From: Phallusia mammillata | Lineage: Eukaryota | DNA: 64,000 bases | Assembly (NCBI GenBank): GCA_965637545.1 | Contig: OZ281497.1 | Location: 21,576,001 to 21,640,000, forward strand | Direction of reading: 5' to 3' | Shown: in pieces, positions 12,801-32,520 of the stretch | How the letters are laid out: every line of letters starts with the position of its first letter | How positions within the stretch are numbered: the first letter of the stretch is position 1 | Notes under the pieces: model-generated | Databases searched by the model: none | What the model was told of the DNA's origin: nothing | The model's input: the letters and a program-made list of their open reading frames with translations, nothing else | Position numbers and translations under genes: made by a program

Positions 12801-15800
12801 GCATAAACGTAATGACGTGATCAGATGCGTAACAAGTGCGCTAATCGCTAAATATGCTTCAAATGCACAACCGGCGTTATGGCGTTGTTATAGCGCTCCC
12901 TGATTTGACGGCGAGGAGTCACTTGCCGTCTTTTGCAACAGGTACAATGACCGGCCGTCGACGTAAAAACGTAATGCAAGTGTTTACATTTTTACCAACG
13001 GCAAGAGCACACATTTAACGGTTCCAATTACCCGATATAAACGGCAAAAAGGGATTCGAATCCAGCTAGATTCGATATCCCTAGCAGAATCTTCACACCA
13101 TATCAGTGCTCCTATTTTTGTAACTAGAAGGGTGGCTCAGCACATATTGCCATTGCACATACACTACGTACACTTTATTAAATAGGTCCCATATCAGCCA
13201 CTGTCTTTTATAGCCTTAGTTGTTTCTGCAAGCAGAAACTCATGGGTCCCCCACACATGCAAAGTTGTAAATAATGCATTTTGCAAAAAAAAACTATGAA
13301 AAATTTTGGTGCTATCTGTTTAAACAAGGCGATATAAAGTCTGCAGACATAATCATGCTATATGAGGTACAGCTATTCAAGTCACATTCAATTCGGCAAT
13401 TGTTTGCAAAATTTAACCATTGCAGGGGTTAATGGGGTAAATGGTGGGACTGCAGAGCAAAACTCAACAATCAACATCTCAAAATAGAATATAATAAACA
13501 ATTTCTAAATTTCATGACATTGTTTAAAAAGTTAACCCTTTTTAAGGGGCTAATGGGGTAATTGATCGGACTACAGGGTAAAACGTCAAATTTGACACCT
13601 AAGAATGCAACATGGTCAATGTTTAAAAATCACACCCACTTAGGGGTTACTGGGGTGAAGGTGGGACTCACAGGGTAAAAAAGATCAATGGATGATGTAT
13701 TTTATAAACCATCTATATTTCATTAAATTTAGACATTGTTTATAAAATTCACTCATTATAGGGGGCCAGTGGCATTAATCTTGGGGATGCAGTGTGAAAA
13801 ACTGCAATTAACACCTAATTATGGCAAACTGTCAAAATTTCATCGAATTCGGACATTGTTTAAGAAATTCACCAATATTAGCGGGCCAGTAGGGTAAATA
13901 TTGGGGCTGCAGGATGAAACACAACAATCGACACCTAATTATGGCAAACTGAACAAACTGTCAATACTTTTTGCAATTCAGACTTTGTTTAAAAAATTAA
14001 ACGTTTTTAGGGGGCCAGTTGGGTAAATATTGGGGCTGCAGGGTGAAACACAACAGTAGACACCTAATTACGGCAAAATGAACAAACTGTCCAAATTTCA
14101 TCCAATTCGGACATTGTTTAAAAATCACCCGTTTTGGGCTGCTGGTGGGGCAAATATTGGGGCTGCAGGGTGAAACACAACAATCGACACCTAATTATGG
14201 CACAAAGAACAAACTGTCCGAGTTTCATCCAATTCGGACATTGTTTAAAATTTTACCCATTTTAGGGGGCTGGTGGGGTAAATATTGGGGCTGCAGGGTG
14301 AAACACAACAATCGACACCTAATTATGGCACAAAGAACAAACTGTCCAAATTTCATCCAATTCGGACATTGTTTAAAATTTTACCCATTTTAGGGGGCTG
14401 GTGGGGTAAATATTGGGGGTGCAGGGTAAAACACAACAATCGATACCTAATTATGGCACAAAGAACAAACTGTCCAAATTTTATCCAATTCGGACATTGT
14501 TTAAAATTTTACCCATTTTAGGGGGCTGGTGGGGTAAATACTGGGGTGATTAAGTCAAACAAACCAAAAGGCACATCTACATAACCATATCTTCAATCTG
14601 TGAAAGTTTCATCCAAATCCAACAAAGATTTGTTGCCAAAAGTGCATGGACAAACTTCACGGCGGAAAAAAGAAAAAAAAAAGAAAAAACAAAAGAAAAA
14701 AAAAAAGAAAAAAAAAAAAAACATAGTGAAATCAAGATGCGTCCCCTTCAGGGAAGGGGACCCATAATTAGTATGTCTTGAAACAGGAAGATGTGATTCG
14801 TCGCACACCAGACAATATTTAGGCAAATTAACTCGACCAAAAGGGGTAAAACCAAGCTAAACAGATGATTTAATCACATGACCATATCTATCAACTAAAA
14901 GTTTCATACAAATTCAACAAACATTCATCTCAAAAAGGCATGAGTCTGATATTGTTTCAAAAATGTGCTGTGCAGAAATTTTGCATGAATTGTCATTGAC
15001 TTTTCTTCCAATTGGTCAAATTAAACAAGTAAAGTTAGTTATTTTATATTTGAATTTTGAACCCAAGCCTTGGGTGAAAATTAAGAAAGCTTGTGGGTTT
15101 GATGGTACATTTCGCAGTGAAATGTTTGTTCCAACACAATGGTAAATTGATCCAGTGATGTGTGAAAGAGAATATGGCCTACTTATGCCATGTACAACAT
15201 TCAAAATTTTACATTGTGAAGTTTATTTAACACATTAAAAAGCATGAGACAAGAGTCGAAAACCTGAAGCTGTCACTTAAACTTGTTCCTAAATCAGTTG
15301 CATCCAAAACTTGGTACCTACCACATTGCGTAACTCTACTGTGTTGTAATATTGTTTTTAGATTTGAAAGAAAAATGAGATTTGGTGTTGAGTTATAACA
15401 TGCAGTACTTGTCACAAACCTGGTAAGACTTAACATGACATTATCTTATTGCCACCCTTTAATAAACAGACACATTTAAATAAGCAAACCTTCGAGGGCA
15501 TTGTTGCAAGTGGAAAATTTTGTTGTTTGAATGATAGCTTTAATAAGCATGCATATTACCTGCAGGAGGTGCCTTGTTGGGGATCTGTCCAGCCTGCAGG
15601 AGTTGTTTTAACCTTTCCACTTCATCAAGAGATTTTGCATTAAGAATTGCTTCCTAAAAATGAACACATTTTATATGATATGCAGTTCATTGTAAAAACC
15701 AGTTTATGTAAGCACAATTATGAACCTTTATTGCATCTCTATCTGCCTTTGATGGTCCTGGTACTGGCTCATGGTTCACTCCATTGCTTTTGATTGGTGC

Positions 15801-17539
15801 CCCAGGAGTAAACCTGTGTATAAATACTTAATAAAACATAAAAAAACACATGCTTATAGGTTATCAACATGTTTTTGTAGCATCTGTTCTGTTCAGTTTA
15901 ACACATAAGACATTCAACTCATTGTGACAACTCACCAATTGAAGCGAGCGTGCATTTTTCAATTTTCAATGCTTACGTTTTTCGTTTTTTGTGAATTTCG
16001 GTCATGAGTTGTTTTCCCTGCTTGGAACCAAAAAGCTTCTTAGCCTCTTGTTTTTCCTAAGGCAGTCCAGAAAAAGTGCAATTACAAATATTCTTGTTGT
16101 CTTGGATATTTGTAATAAACTAGTGGGAAAAGTTTTAGGGATGGACCAAACGTATTACTATTTTGCCAAATAAAAACCTTGTTTAGTATGAAAGGTATAG
16201 ATATATTCTGCTTGGCCCACCTCTTAAACCACATCATATTGATGTGACCATAAACCAGTGGTTCTCAAACTTTTTTATTGTTGGGGCCAAATGGTATTTT
16301 TTTAAGTGTGTAGGGAGCCGCAAAACAACGAAACCTTGAGAAAATCACTAAAGATTATTACTTTGGTAGCTAAAATAGCAATGTTTGATGGTTTTCTGAG
16401 GTCTGGTGCGAGCCGCAAAATAAGTAGTTGGGAGCCGCATGCGGCCCCGAAAACCGAGTTTGAGAACCACTGCCATAAACTATCACTTATTATCTTAAAT
16501 ATTAGTTGCCATCTTAATAAATATAAAAAAATATGACCTAAATTTGCAGATTCTTCTGAAACATGTAGTTTAATACTGACACAATTAGGCCATAAAACAA
16601 ACACCTTTGCACATTTACCAAAAATTCCTAAGAATCTAAAGTAGTTGTAAATACCTTCAGACGAACTTTGCGGAAATCCAGTACTCTGACAGATGGCAAC
16701 TTGTGAACGACGTACAGGCGATAATGTTGTCGATGTGTAACTGGATTCCGCATTAGACTCAGGTATTCAAGCTTTTTGAATTCAGAAAGGTGATCGATAT
16801 CTGAAAGCTCCTGTATCTCACAGTTGGTAAGATACAACTCTTGCAGATTGGGAATGGACTGGTGTACATTTTCATCAATACGACTAAAATTAAAAGGGTA
16901 AATTACTTATCTACAAGACATATATATATAGTTAATGTAAAGAAAATAAAGTCCATGACTTAAACGCCTGAAATACAGGTAAATATTTTCCCCAGGATTT
17001 AAAAAAAAAACGATGAACAGCAGTTTGTATTCAAGGATGTTTTAACAAATAATTTGAGCATCATGGTATTACTGCAGCATGAACCAAGTTGCTTGTTTAA
17101 AAAACTTTAAAATTATAAAAAACTGTGTCCCAGTTTTAAATCTTGAACTAATTCAGTATATATAACTTAAACGTAAAGCTCACCAAATTCTGTTGTTGTT
17201 AAAATGTAGAGCTTTAATTCTAGGCAACATGGGAAATCCATCCAGTTTTCTGATGTCATTGTCCGAAAAATCAATAGTGTCAAATTGGTCAAGGGTGGCT
17301 CCCATATTTTCTATCACAGGAATTTTGTATCCTGTGAAAATAATACACTTCAATCAGAGTTATATATATCACTGATCAACAATTGCCTAGATTACGCAAC
17401 TATCAGACAGGTTGAATGTCTGTTGCTTGTAAGAAGTAGAGTAAGAGTAAATCATACCTCTTAAATGAAGTTCTCGGTCTCTTACAGGATTGATATATTG
17501 GATTGCCTGTTCAATCAGTTCAGGTGTTAATTTCACCAT
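9883..17539 (-). CDS. SNRPA1: U2 snRNP protein A' (leucine-rich repeat), 255 aa
   Basis: Exons 17539-17458 (MVKLTPELIEQAIQYINPVRDRELHLRG), 17331-17184 (YKIPVIENMGATLDQFDTIDFSDNDIRKLDGFP), 16883-16655 (RNPVTHRQHYRLYVVHKLPSVRVLDFRKV), 16056-15977, 15813-15726, 15653-15560, 9929-9883 (KAADQSVEVEMDED*); all GT-AG, total 768 nt. Confidence 0.96.
10959..11139. mobile_element. Degenerate Tigger/pogo-like MITE
   Basis: TA-CAGTAAGCCTCGG ... CTGAGGTTTACCC-TA imperfect termini. Confidence 0.4.
11389..13083. mobile_element. hAT (Ac-like) non-autonomous element containing a nested Tigger-like MITE
   Basis: Termini TAGGGAT / ATCCCTA; TSD GCAGCATC / GCAGAATC (one mismatch). Confidence 0.75.
12004..12752. 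mobile_element. Tc1/mariner (Tigger/pogo-like) MITE nested in the hAT element
   Basis: TIRs CCGTAATTTTCC / GGAAAATTACGG flanked by TA on both sides; subterminal GCATAATxCGCACCC repeats. Confidence 0.85.
13242..14765 (+). mobile_element. Helentron/Helitron2-associated-like non-autonomous element with internal tandem array
   Basis: 10-bp subterminal inverted repeat ATGGGTCCCC (13242) / GGGGACCCAT (14756); internal 140-bp array; A-rich microsatellite ~14665-14721; 3' hairpin GTCCCCTTC-AGG-GAAGGGGAC (14741-14761). Confidence 0.6.
13420..14548. repeat. Tandem array of ~140-bp units (~8 copies)
   Basis: Unit TTGGGGCTGCAGGGTGAAACACAACAATCGACACCTAATTATGGCAC...TAGGGGGCTGGTGGGGTAAATA recurring at 140-bp spacing; 3' units near-identical, 5' units degenerate. 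Confidence 0.95.
16256..16472. mobile_element. hAT (Charlie-like) MITE in SNRPA1 intron
   Basis: TIRs CAGTGGTTCTCAAAC / GTTTGAGAACCACTG; perfect TSD CCATAAAC. Confidence 0.93.
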
Positions 17540-17759
17540 CTTGAATCTGTTATACACATAAATTGTATGGCATTAAACTTGTTTAGTGTTTATATAAATC
17601 AACAAAATATTATTTTTTATTAATGTGTTGCTGATGTGATGACTGATGTTTAAAAAAGGTATCAGTGAAAAACAGAGTAAAACACAAGTAGCGCTTTCAC
17701 AACTAAAAACATTTTAAATTAATAGTAATCTTGACCATTTGCCGTTGTAAAATCTTACC

Positions 17760-18413
17760 AAACCAACTATAACAGGAAAAATGATTTTAAAAGCTGAATG
17801 ATAAAGTAGAAATGCGTATGAAAGGTATTTTATTTGTGCAGCGCAAAAAATATAAAAAATAATTCATACTTACATTATGAAACGTTTTGTCAAAAATCTA
17901 AATACCTAATTTTCCATCGGAAAGATTCCAAAACTTTAACCACGGTGAAAGAACAAACAGCAAAGCACACAAAACTGGAAAAAAGCGCAGGGCGCGCGTG
18001 TTTTACAATGGCGTTCAGTGGAGCATAACAACAAAACCGAAAAAAATAATATTTGGGGAGTGACATCTGTAGAGCTCCAACGCTCTATACAGTGTAAATT
18101 TAGGGCACGAATGTATTTTATTTATTTTTTGTCTACAATGATATGTTACTTTAGTGTTGTTTTGTAAGGTTTTTTAACTTTCTTATTTAACATATTGGTC
18201 TAACGTTTGACGCACGTTGCCGATTGTTGTTCGCCTCTTCGGTGACTCGCTGTTTTTTTTTCCAAACGCGGAGTCGAAGCACATGCGTTCGCGATTTCAG
18301 GCGCAGATTTTACTTAGCGTTGGTTCGCAGTTTTTGCAGTAGGTGTACAATAATAACATGTGTTACCTTTTCTACGTTGTTCTGCATCTTTTACTTTGTT
18401 TCTCATTTTTTCG
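17760..18413. promoter_or_regulatory. Probable bidirectional promoter / 5' UTR region of SNRPA1 (-) and CARM1 (+)
   Basis: Head-to-head genes with ATGs 1.13 kb apart; local CpG-rich patches; outward-facing candidate donors at 17758 (-, gtaaga) and ~18414 (+, gtaagg). Confidence 0.65.
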
Positions 18414-18668
18414 GTAAGGCTGTAAAAATAAAGATGTTCGTTGAGGGTTTAGGGTTCGGGCAAGAGCATTTGCATTTTGTTTGTTTTAAATTGGAGACCC
18501 ATGCAAACAAATAATTGTAGTTTGATTAGGTATAACCTATACAAGTGCATTTTCACATTTCTATAATTTTGTTTTTCTTTGTGAAAGTGACATAAATGCA
18601 ACACAAACTTTCATACCAATTTCTTCCAGTGTTCTGTAGTTTTGTAATATTTTTTCTAGTATTTGATA

Positions 18669-25718
<7,050 letters not shown>

Positions 25719-26076
25719 CCCACCCGCGTCCTGACGAAAAACGAACAATCTTTGGTGCCACCACGTGACTGCCAATGTGCTGTAAATATATTCGCGGGGG
25801 CTACAGTGGTTGGCGACCTAAAATCATTTTTGATGCTTTGTGTGCTTTATACTTCTCTCTACTGCCGCCATGCGGCCACTCGTGTTGCGGTTTGACTTTT
25901 CTATCTGATCTGAAAAGGCGTTAAGCCTGTCATTGTCATTCTCTAATCCAAGGTTCTAAAACACTTATGAATTACGGTTTCACGATAAACGCCAAAAGAT
26001 TTTGCCCCAGCCTGTAGCAATCGGAAAATTTTATGTTTGATTGATAGCAAAGTAACAGTGTTTCTGAAAGCAAAAC

Positions 26077-26082
26077 AATAAA
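26077..26082 (+). terminator. Candidate CARM1 poly(A) signal
   Basis: AATAAA ~360 nt downstream of the inferred stop. Confidence 0.45.
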
Positions 26083-27259
26083 GTGTAACACTTTTCAACT
26101 AACATATCTAATCATGGCAAACATTTAGACTCGAAAAAAACTGGTTATTTTATTAAAGGGCCTTAAAAAAAGAGCATTCAACCAAAAGATTGCATAATAT
26201 CCATTTCGATAATTTGAAATATCGTGCGTAATGAACTTTTTTTCTATCCTTTGGCGCCGAAATGGACTATTTTTACCAAGGTTTTGGTTTATCCCCGTTG
26301 TAGCGTATACTGCCTTCGTAGCTCGTGCGAAACCTTTTCACTAACTCTGTATTTTTGACACAACTTATTTGAAAACGCCCGAACCTCGGTTCTGTATCTC
26401 GCTTTCATGTACAAACGCTCTTTTCTTGCATCGTGTCCGAACCCGGTCGCCATGGGATTCGAACCCTGATCTCGTGTTTGTCTTTTCACCATCCAAGTTT
26501 CATGACTGCCGCATGTGTGTTACAGATTGTCATCGTGTTTGTCGCTACGAGCAGCTAAACCTCCAAACAATACTCAACCATTTTCGGAATACAACAAATG
26601 AATTGACTTTGGTGGTTTTAAGCTTAGCCCATCAGTACTGAAAACGACCCCAAGATTGTCGCAAGAATCTGAATTTCCAAGTTTAAGCCATTAGGTTGCT
26701 TGCTTGGACATTAGGTTTAGTCCAGCAACTATAGCTACTTAACTAAGTAATTTCTAATTAATAAATTTACGGTCACAGAATGTAAAGACAGGACCGAATT
26801 TAGCCCAATTTTTCATTACTTCCCCCGAGCAGAAAAGCTCATCCGCACTACAACGAAAGACAGATTGCCCAGACTTGACGCTTGGACAAATCCAGATTTT
26901 GATGAACAATGCAAGTTTCCGCAAATAGACGTAAATGCTGATATTTCAGATGTTATCTGGAACAAGTCCATTGTTTGAAGTAAATATTGGACTTAGCGCT
27001 TTGTTCTGAAGACTAACAGCACGGTTCAAGCTAAGCAAATAGCAAATCTTTTGTATGGCGCATTTCTGTCATGAGAAACGTAATTATATGTGGCAATATA
27101 CGATTAAAATGTGAAAAACCTTTGAAGAAATGTTACAAGTTCTGATTAAATTCGAGATTTTATGGTCATAAAATGTTTTAGTGACGCCTCCTTGCAAACT
27201 GTTTCGAAAAAAAATATTTTAAATTATAGCTTATTCGCATGATGGTCCATGTTCAAGTC

Positions 27260-27441
27260 CAGTGTTTTTTTAAGGTGTTTTGGGGGACCGAAACGGTCCC
27301 CCAAATTTCTCCAGCGGTTTCCCAAAATTTGGACTTGCAAGCAAATAAGCAAATATGGCTATTTTTTGGTATTTAAATGAAACACTTGCGGTCTCTTAAA
27401 ACTACTTAGCGGTCACCCAAACCAAACCTTGAAAAAACCTG
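27260..27441. mobile_element. Short hAT MITE
   Basis: CAGTGTTTTTTTAAGG / CCTTGAAAAAACCTG termini; perfect TSD TTCAAGTC. Confidence 0.85.
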
Positions 27442-28892
27442 TTCAAGTCAATCAAAAATTTAGCACACTGTAAGTGTAATACCTTAAAACAGTAAAACCA
27501 AGGTACGGTGAAACCCTTAACCAAAGGGGTAGAGCAATTTTTGATTTTAGGTTCAGCAAAAATATACTTCGCCTAATACACAAAGTTTGTTTTATTATTT
27601 TTCTGCTCATTCTTTTTCAAGAGGCCCCAACCCGCCTCAACATGTGACGACCGTCCGATTAACGCATTCTCTTGTCGTCTCCAGTTTCAAAATGCAGGGT
27701 TCCATCCACACAAACAGGTATGTTTTAATGCAAAAATTCTAAAAGAAGTCAATACAAGCTACAGGTAGAAGATGTCTTAAAGGAAAAAAATTTGGACTCG
27801 AAACGACCTTGTCTAACAGAGCTAAAATTGAAAAGTTTAGGTTAGATGATGAACGCAGTAACAAGTTAACAAGTTTAAGACAACAACAACTTGCAAAAAT
27901 CACGACAAACTAACACGGTCTGTCCACATCATTTAAAATTATGTTATAACTGCAACCTTTCCACTGAGCCAGGATGAGTCTATGTTCAATAGCCCGTGTG
28001 GTGGCGCTGTTGGGCAGACTTTTAAGGTCTTTTGGGCATGACACAGTGTTAAGGTAATGAAAGTTTTCCATGATACTCATACGGCTGTATTAATTTCAGT
28101 AATTTACGACATCCACGGCGTCAATAGTGCAATGCTTGTCAAAAAATGGCGACGTCCAATAGCATTTGCGACAATTTACGACCGCGTGTAACCTTTGCAT
28201 CATGTAACATTCTCCTGCCTATCGATGTAACATATGGTTTTATCTTTTTCAAGCTAATATAGGAAGCGTGTCCTACGGCACTTAGCTACAATGTTTATTA
28301 GTTATTATGGGCATGGAAGCAAATTGAAGGAGCTTTTCCCTTTTAAAGGACGAGGGCAAGTTATGAATTGGGCTTTGTTAAACGATATTATTTGAAGATC
28401 CGCGCCCAGATAAATGTTACGTCAAGGATATTAATTGTACTTAAGGGCTATTTTAATTATGGTATTGAGAACGCTTCTTTAAAGCCAAACCAAATATTTA
28501 TACGTTATAAGACCAATTGATAGGAACAGGCAATGTGCGTAAATTCCGAAAATTTAAATAGAACTGTATGGCGATGGACTGTTGATATTCGACTACTATA
28601 CCACACATTTCTATCATTTGATCACTCGCTTTTTGGCCACGGAACTGGAACGGAATAATAATCGGTTGGGCTGCATTAAAAACATACCATCTTGCTTATA
28701 CTTATAAAGCCAGGCATAGCATGCGTGCACAAAAATGACTTGTTTCGCTAGCTCAGGAGATCAGACCAGATAAGCCAAACTTTACAACCATTTAGGTTTT
28801 GGTCCAACTACTCATTCATGCTAACTTCTGCCTAGTTGCATTGAAACATTTTTTTTGCACTGACAATTGCCATTTGTGATGATTTTTCGCTC

Positions 28893-28898
28893 TTTATT
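28893..28898 (-). terminator. Candidate KLF poly(A) signal
   Basis: AATAAA on the minus strand ~600 nt downstream of the stop. Confidence 0.35.
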
Positions 28899-29501
28899 TC
28901 AGATGCGACCGGTCACCATCACTCCCACAGCGTTCGGAAACACAAAAACACGGGTGACGATATAAAAAGGTGACAACGACACGAGGCGTTAAAAGCGGCA
29001 GTGCAAAGCGGTAAAAAAGAATAAAATATCTCAATATAAAAAAACTCACTAACGATCTCTCGCGCACATAAACACAACATCATGAACACAAACATATCCT
29101 GTGCTTTGTGAAACTTTGCCACAAACAAATAGAAAACACAAAGTGCGCACACACATCACTCAATACAGCACACAGGGTTCTTGGCACCAGTAAAAAACGA
29201 ACTTTTTGACAAATGAAAAACACCAAATCGGCTGCTGTAATCTTTGTTCCTGCAAAAACTGCGAATAAAAACACACTTGATTCTGGTCCACATTTAGCAA
29301 CATGTAGCACCGCTCTGTAAAGCACCTGTCAAGGCGTTTGATTGTATAAGCTGTTTTTTTGGCACTTTTAAAGCGAAATAGGTAAACAAATTTCGTCCTT
29401 CAACGTTATGACTTGTCTCTCGTCCACGTGACTCTTCCTCGTTTTGCTCGACAGCGTCACCGCGCGGTTGTTCTCGATCATCGTTTTTAGATTTCAGGAT
29501 C

Positions 29502-31398
<1,897 letters not shown>

Positions 31399-31663
31399 TC
31401 ACTTCAAATTAAGCAACCTGAGTTAGTGCTGTTGATGTGTAGACGACTGCAATGAAACAAAAACATGGTCAGCATGATTTAATACAGGTTACAGTACATA
31501 ACATCACAAAAACAACGGGATTACAAGCTCGCTGCAAAGATCTTTTTCTCAAACTGTAACGATTCGATCAACACGCCCTGGTGAACTCCGGCTTTCGAAG
31601 TAAAGTCATCAGTTTCCTAGATTTGAAGTGCGTAACGACCCAGCCCAGCGGCGAACACCTTAC

Positions 31664-32520
31664 CATTAAAACACAAACTGTGCGGATTTATGCGAGTGAA
31701 ACGCCTCAATTTCGCGGTGCCGAACAGACACGTTTACCGCAAAGGCTCATTTAACATGACGCCCGCCGTGTCGCAACCCGCCCATCTGCGCTAAAAAACG
31801 CAACGCAAATCCGCGCTAATAATCGACAGCCTTTGGATTTCTCCCTATAATTGCCTGTTCCGATTCGAGTACTTGACTTGCCAAGGTTTTTTTGCTGGAT
31901 CTGTCGGCTTTTCGATGTGCTTTTGTGTTTGTCCTCTCTACGTGGCGACCGCATGTGTAGTTTCCCATTCAAGCTTACTCATTCTACTCAAGTTCAACCT
32001 CGACACAACAACCGGCTACGCATCATAATCTGCTTTATTTTAGACCAAACGCCTTCGCTTCAACCCAAATTTCTCTGGCTTACTAAATTCGTCTGAATGT
32101 TGCATAATACTACATACTTAATTTCTCCCTAAAACTGAACTTTTCTTTTTGTAATTCTTCACGCGTTGCAAATGCATTTTCGTAATTTGACTATCACGGA
32201 AGACAAGCGCGAAAGGACGCAGCTTCCGAATTGCAACCACGCGAACCGTCTTTGGTTACAAATCCCGGTCCAGTTATTCCGGGCGTAAAGTGAGCTGAAG
32301 AGTCGCAATGCAAGCCGGCCGAAACACTTTTGTGCACTGTGCTGCCCTTTTTCCCGCCGCGCCACTCGCTCAGAGTTTGTGCTGCAGCACGCCGCCGGCC
32401 ACAGGTGATCAGGCCCTTTTTCGTTGATCGGTAACGTTAGGTCGGCGTGCGTCGCATTAGAAACGTCGTCAACATTTTTATTTCTTTCGTGAGCGGCGGC
32501 GGGCGCGGGTCATGCTATAG
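31664..32520 (-). promoter_or_regulatory. Probable non-coding first exon and promoter of the KLF gene
   Basis: Strong donor ATG|gtaagg at 31663, acceptor ctcag at 31418; CpG- and GC-box-rich region upstream; TSS not determinable. Confidence 0.5.

Noticed and set aside
13420-14548. Regular array as a CRISPR locus; ORFs 14145-14393 and 14285-14521 as genes
   Set aside because: Contiguous 140-bp units with no unique spacers, in a eukaryotic intron; the ORFs are simply the repeat unit translated
14593-14826. Poly-Phe ORF on the minus strand
   Set aside because: Translation of the A-rich microsatellite inside the repeat element
16620-16660. GTATTT donor in SNRPA1 as a U12-type intron
   Set aside because: Does not match the GTATCCTT U12 consensus
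26430-26500. B-box-like GGTTCGAATCC on the minus strand as a tRNA
   Set aside because: No acceptor, anticodon or D-arm pairing could be built; at most a SINE remnant
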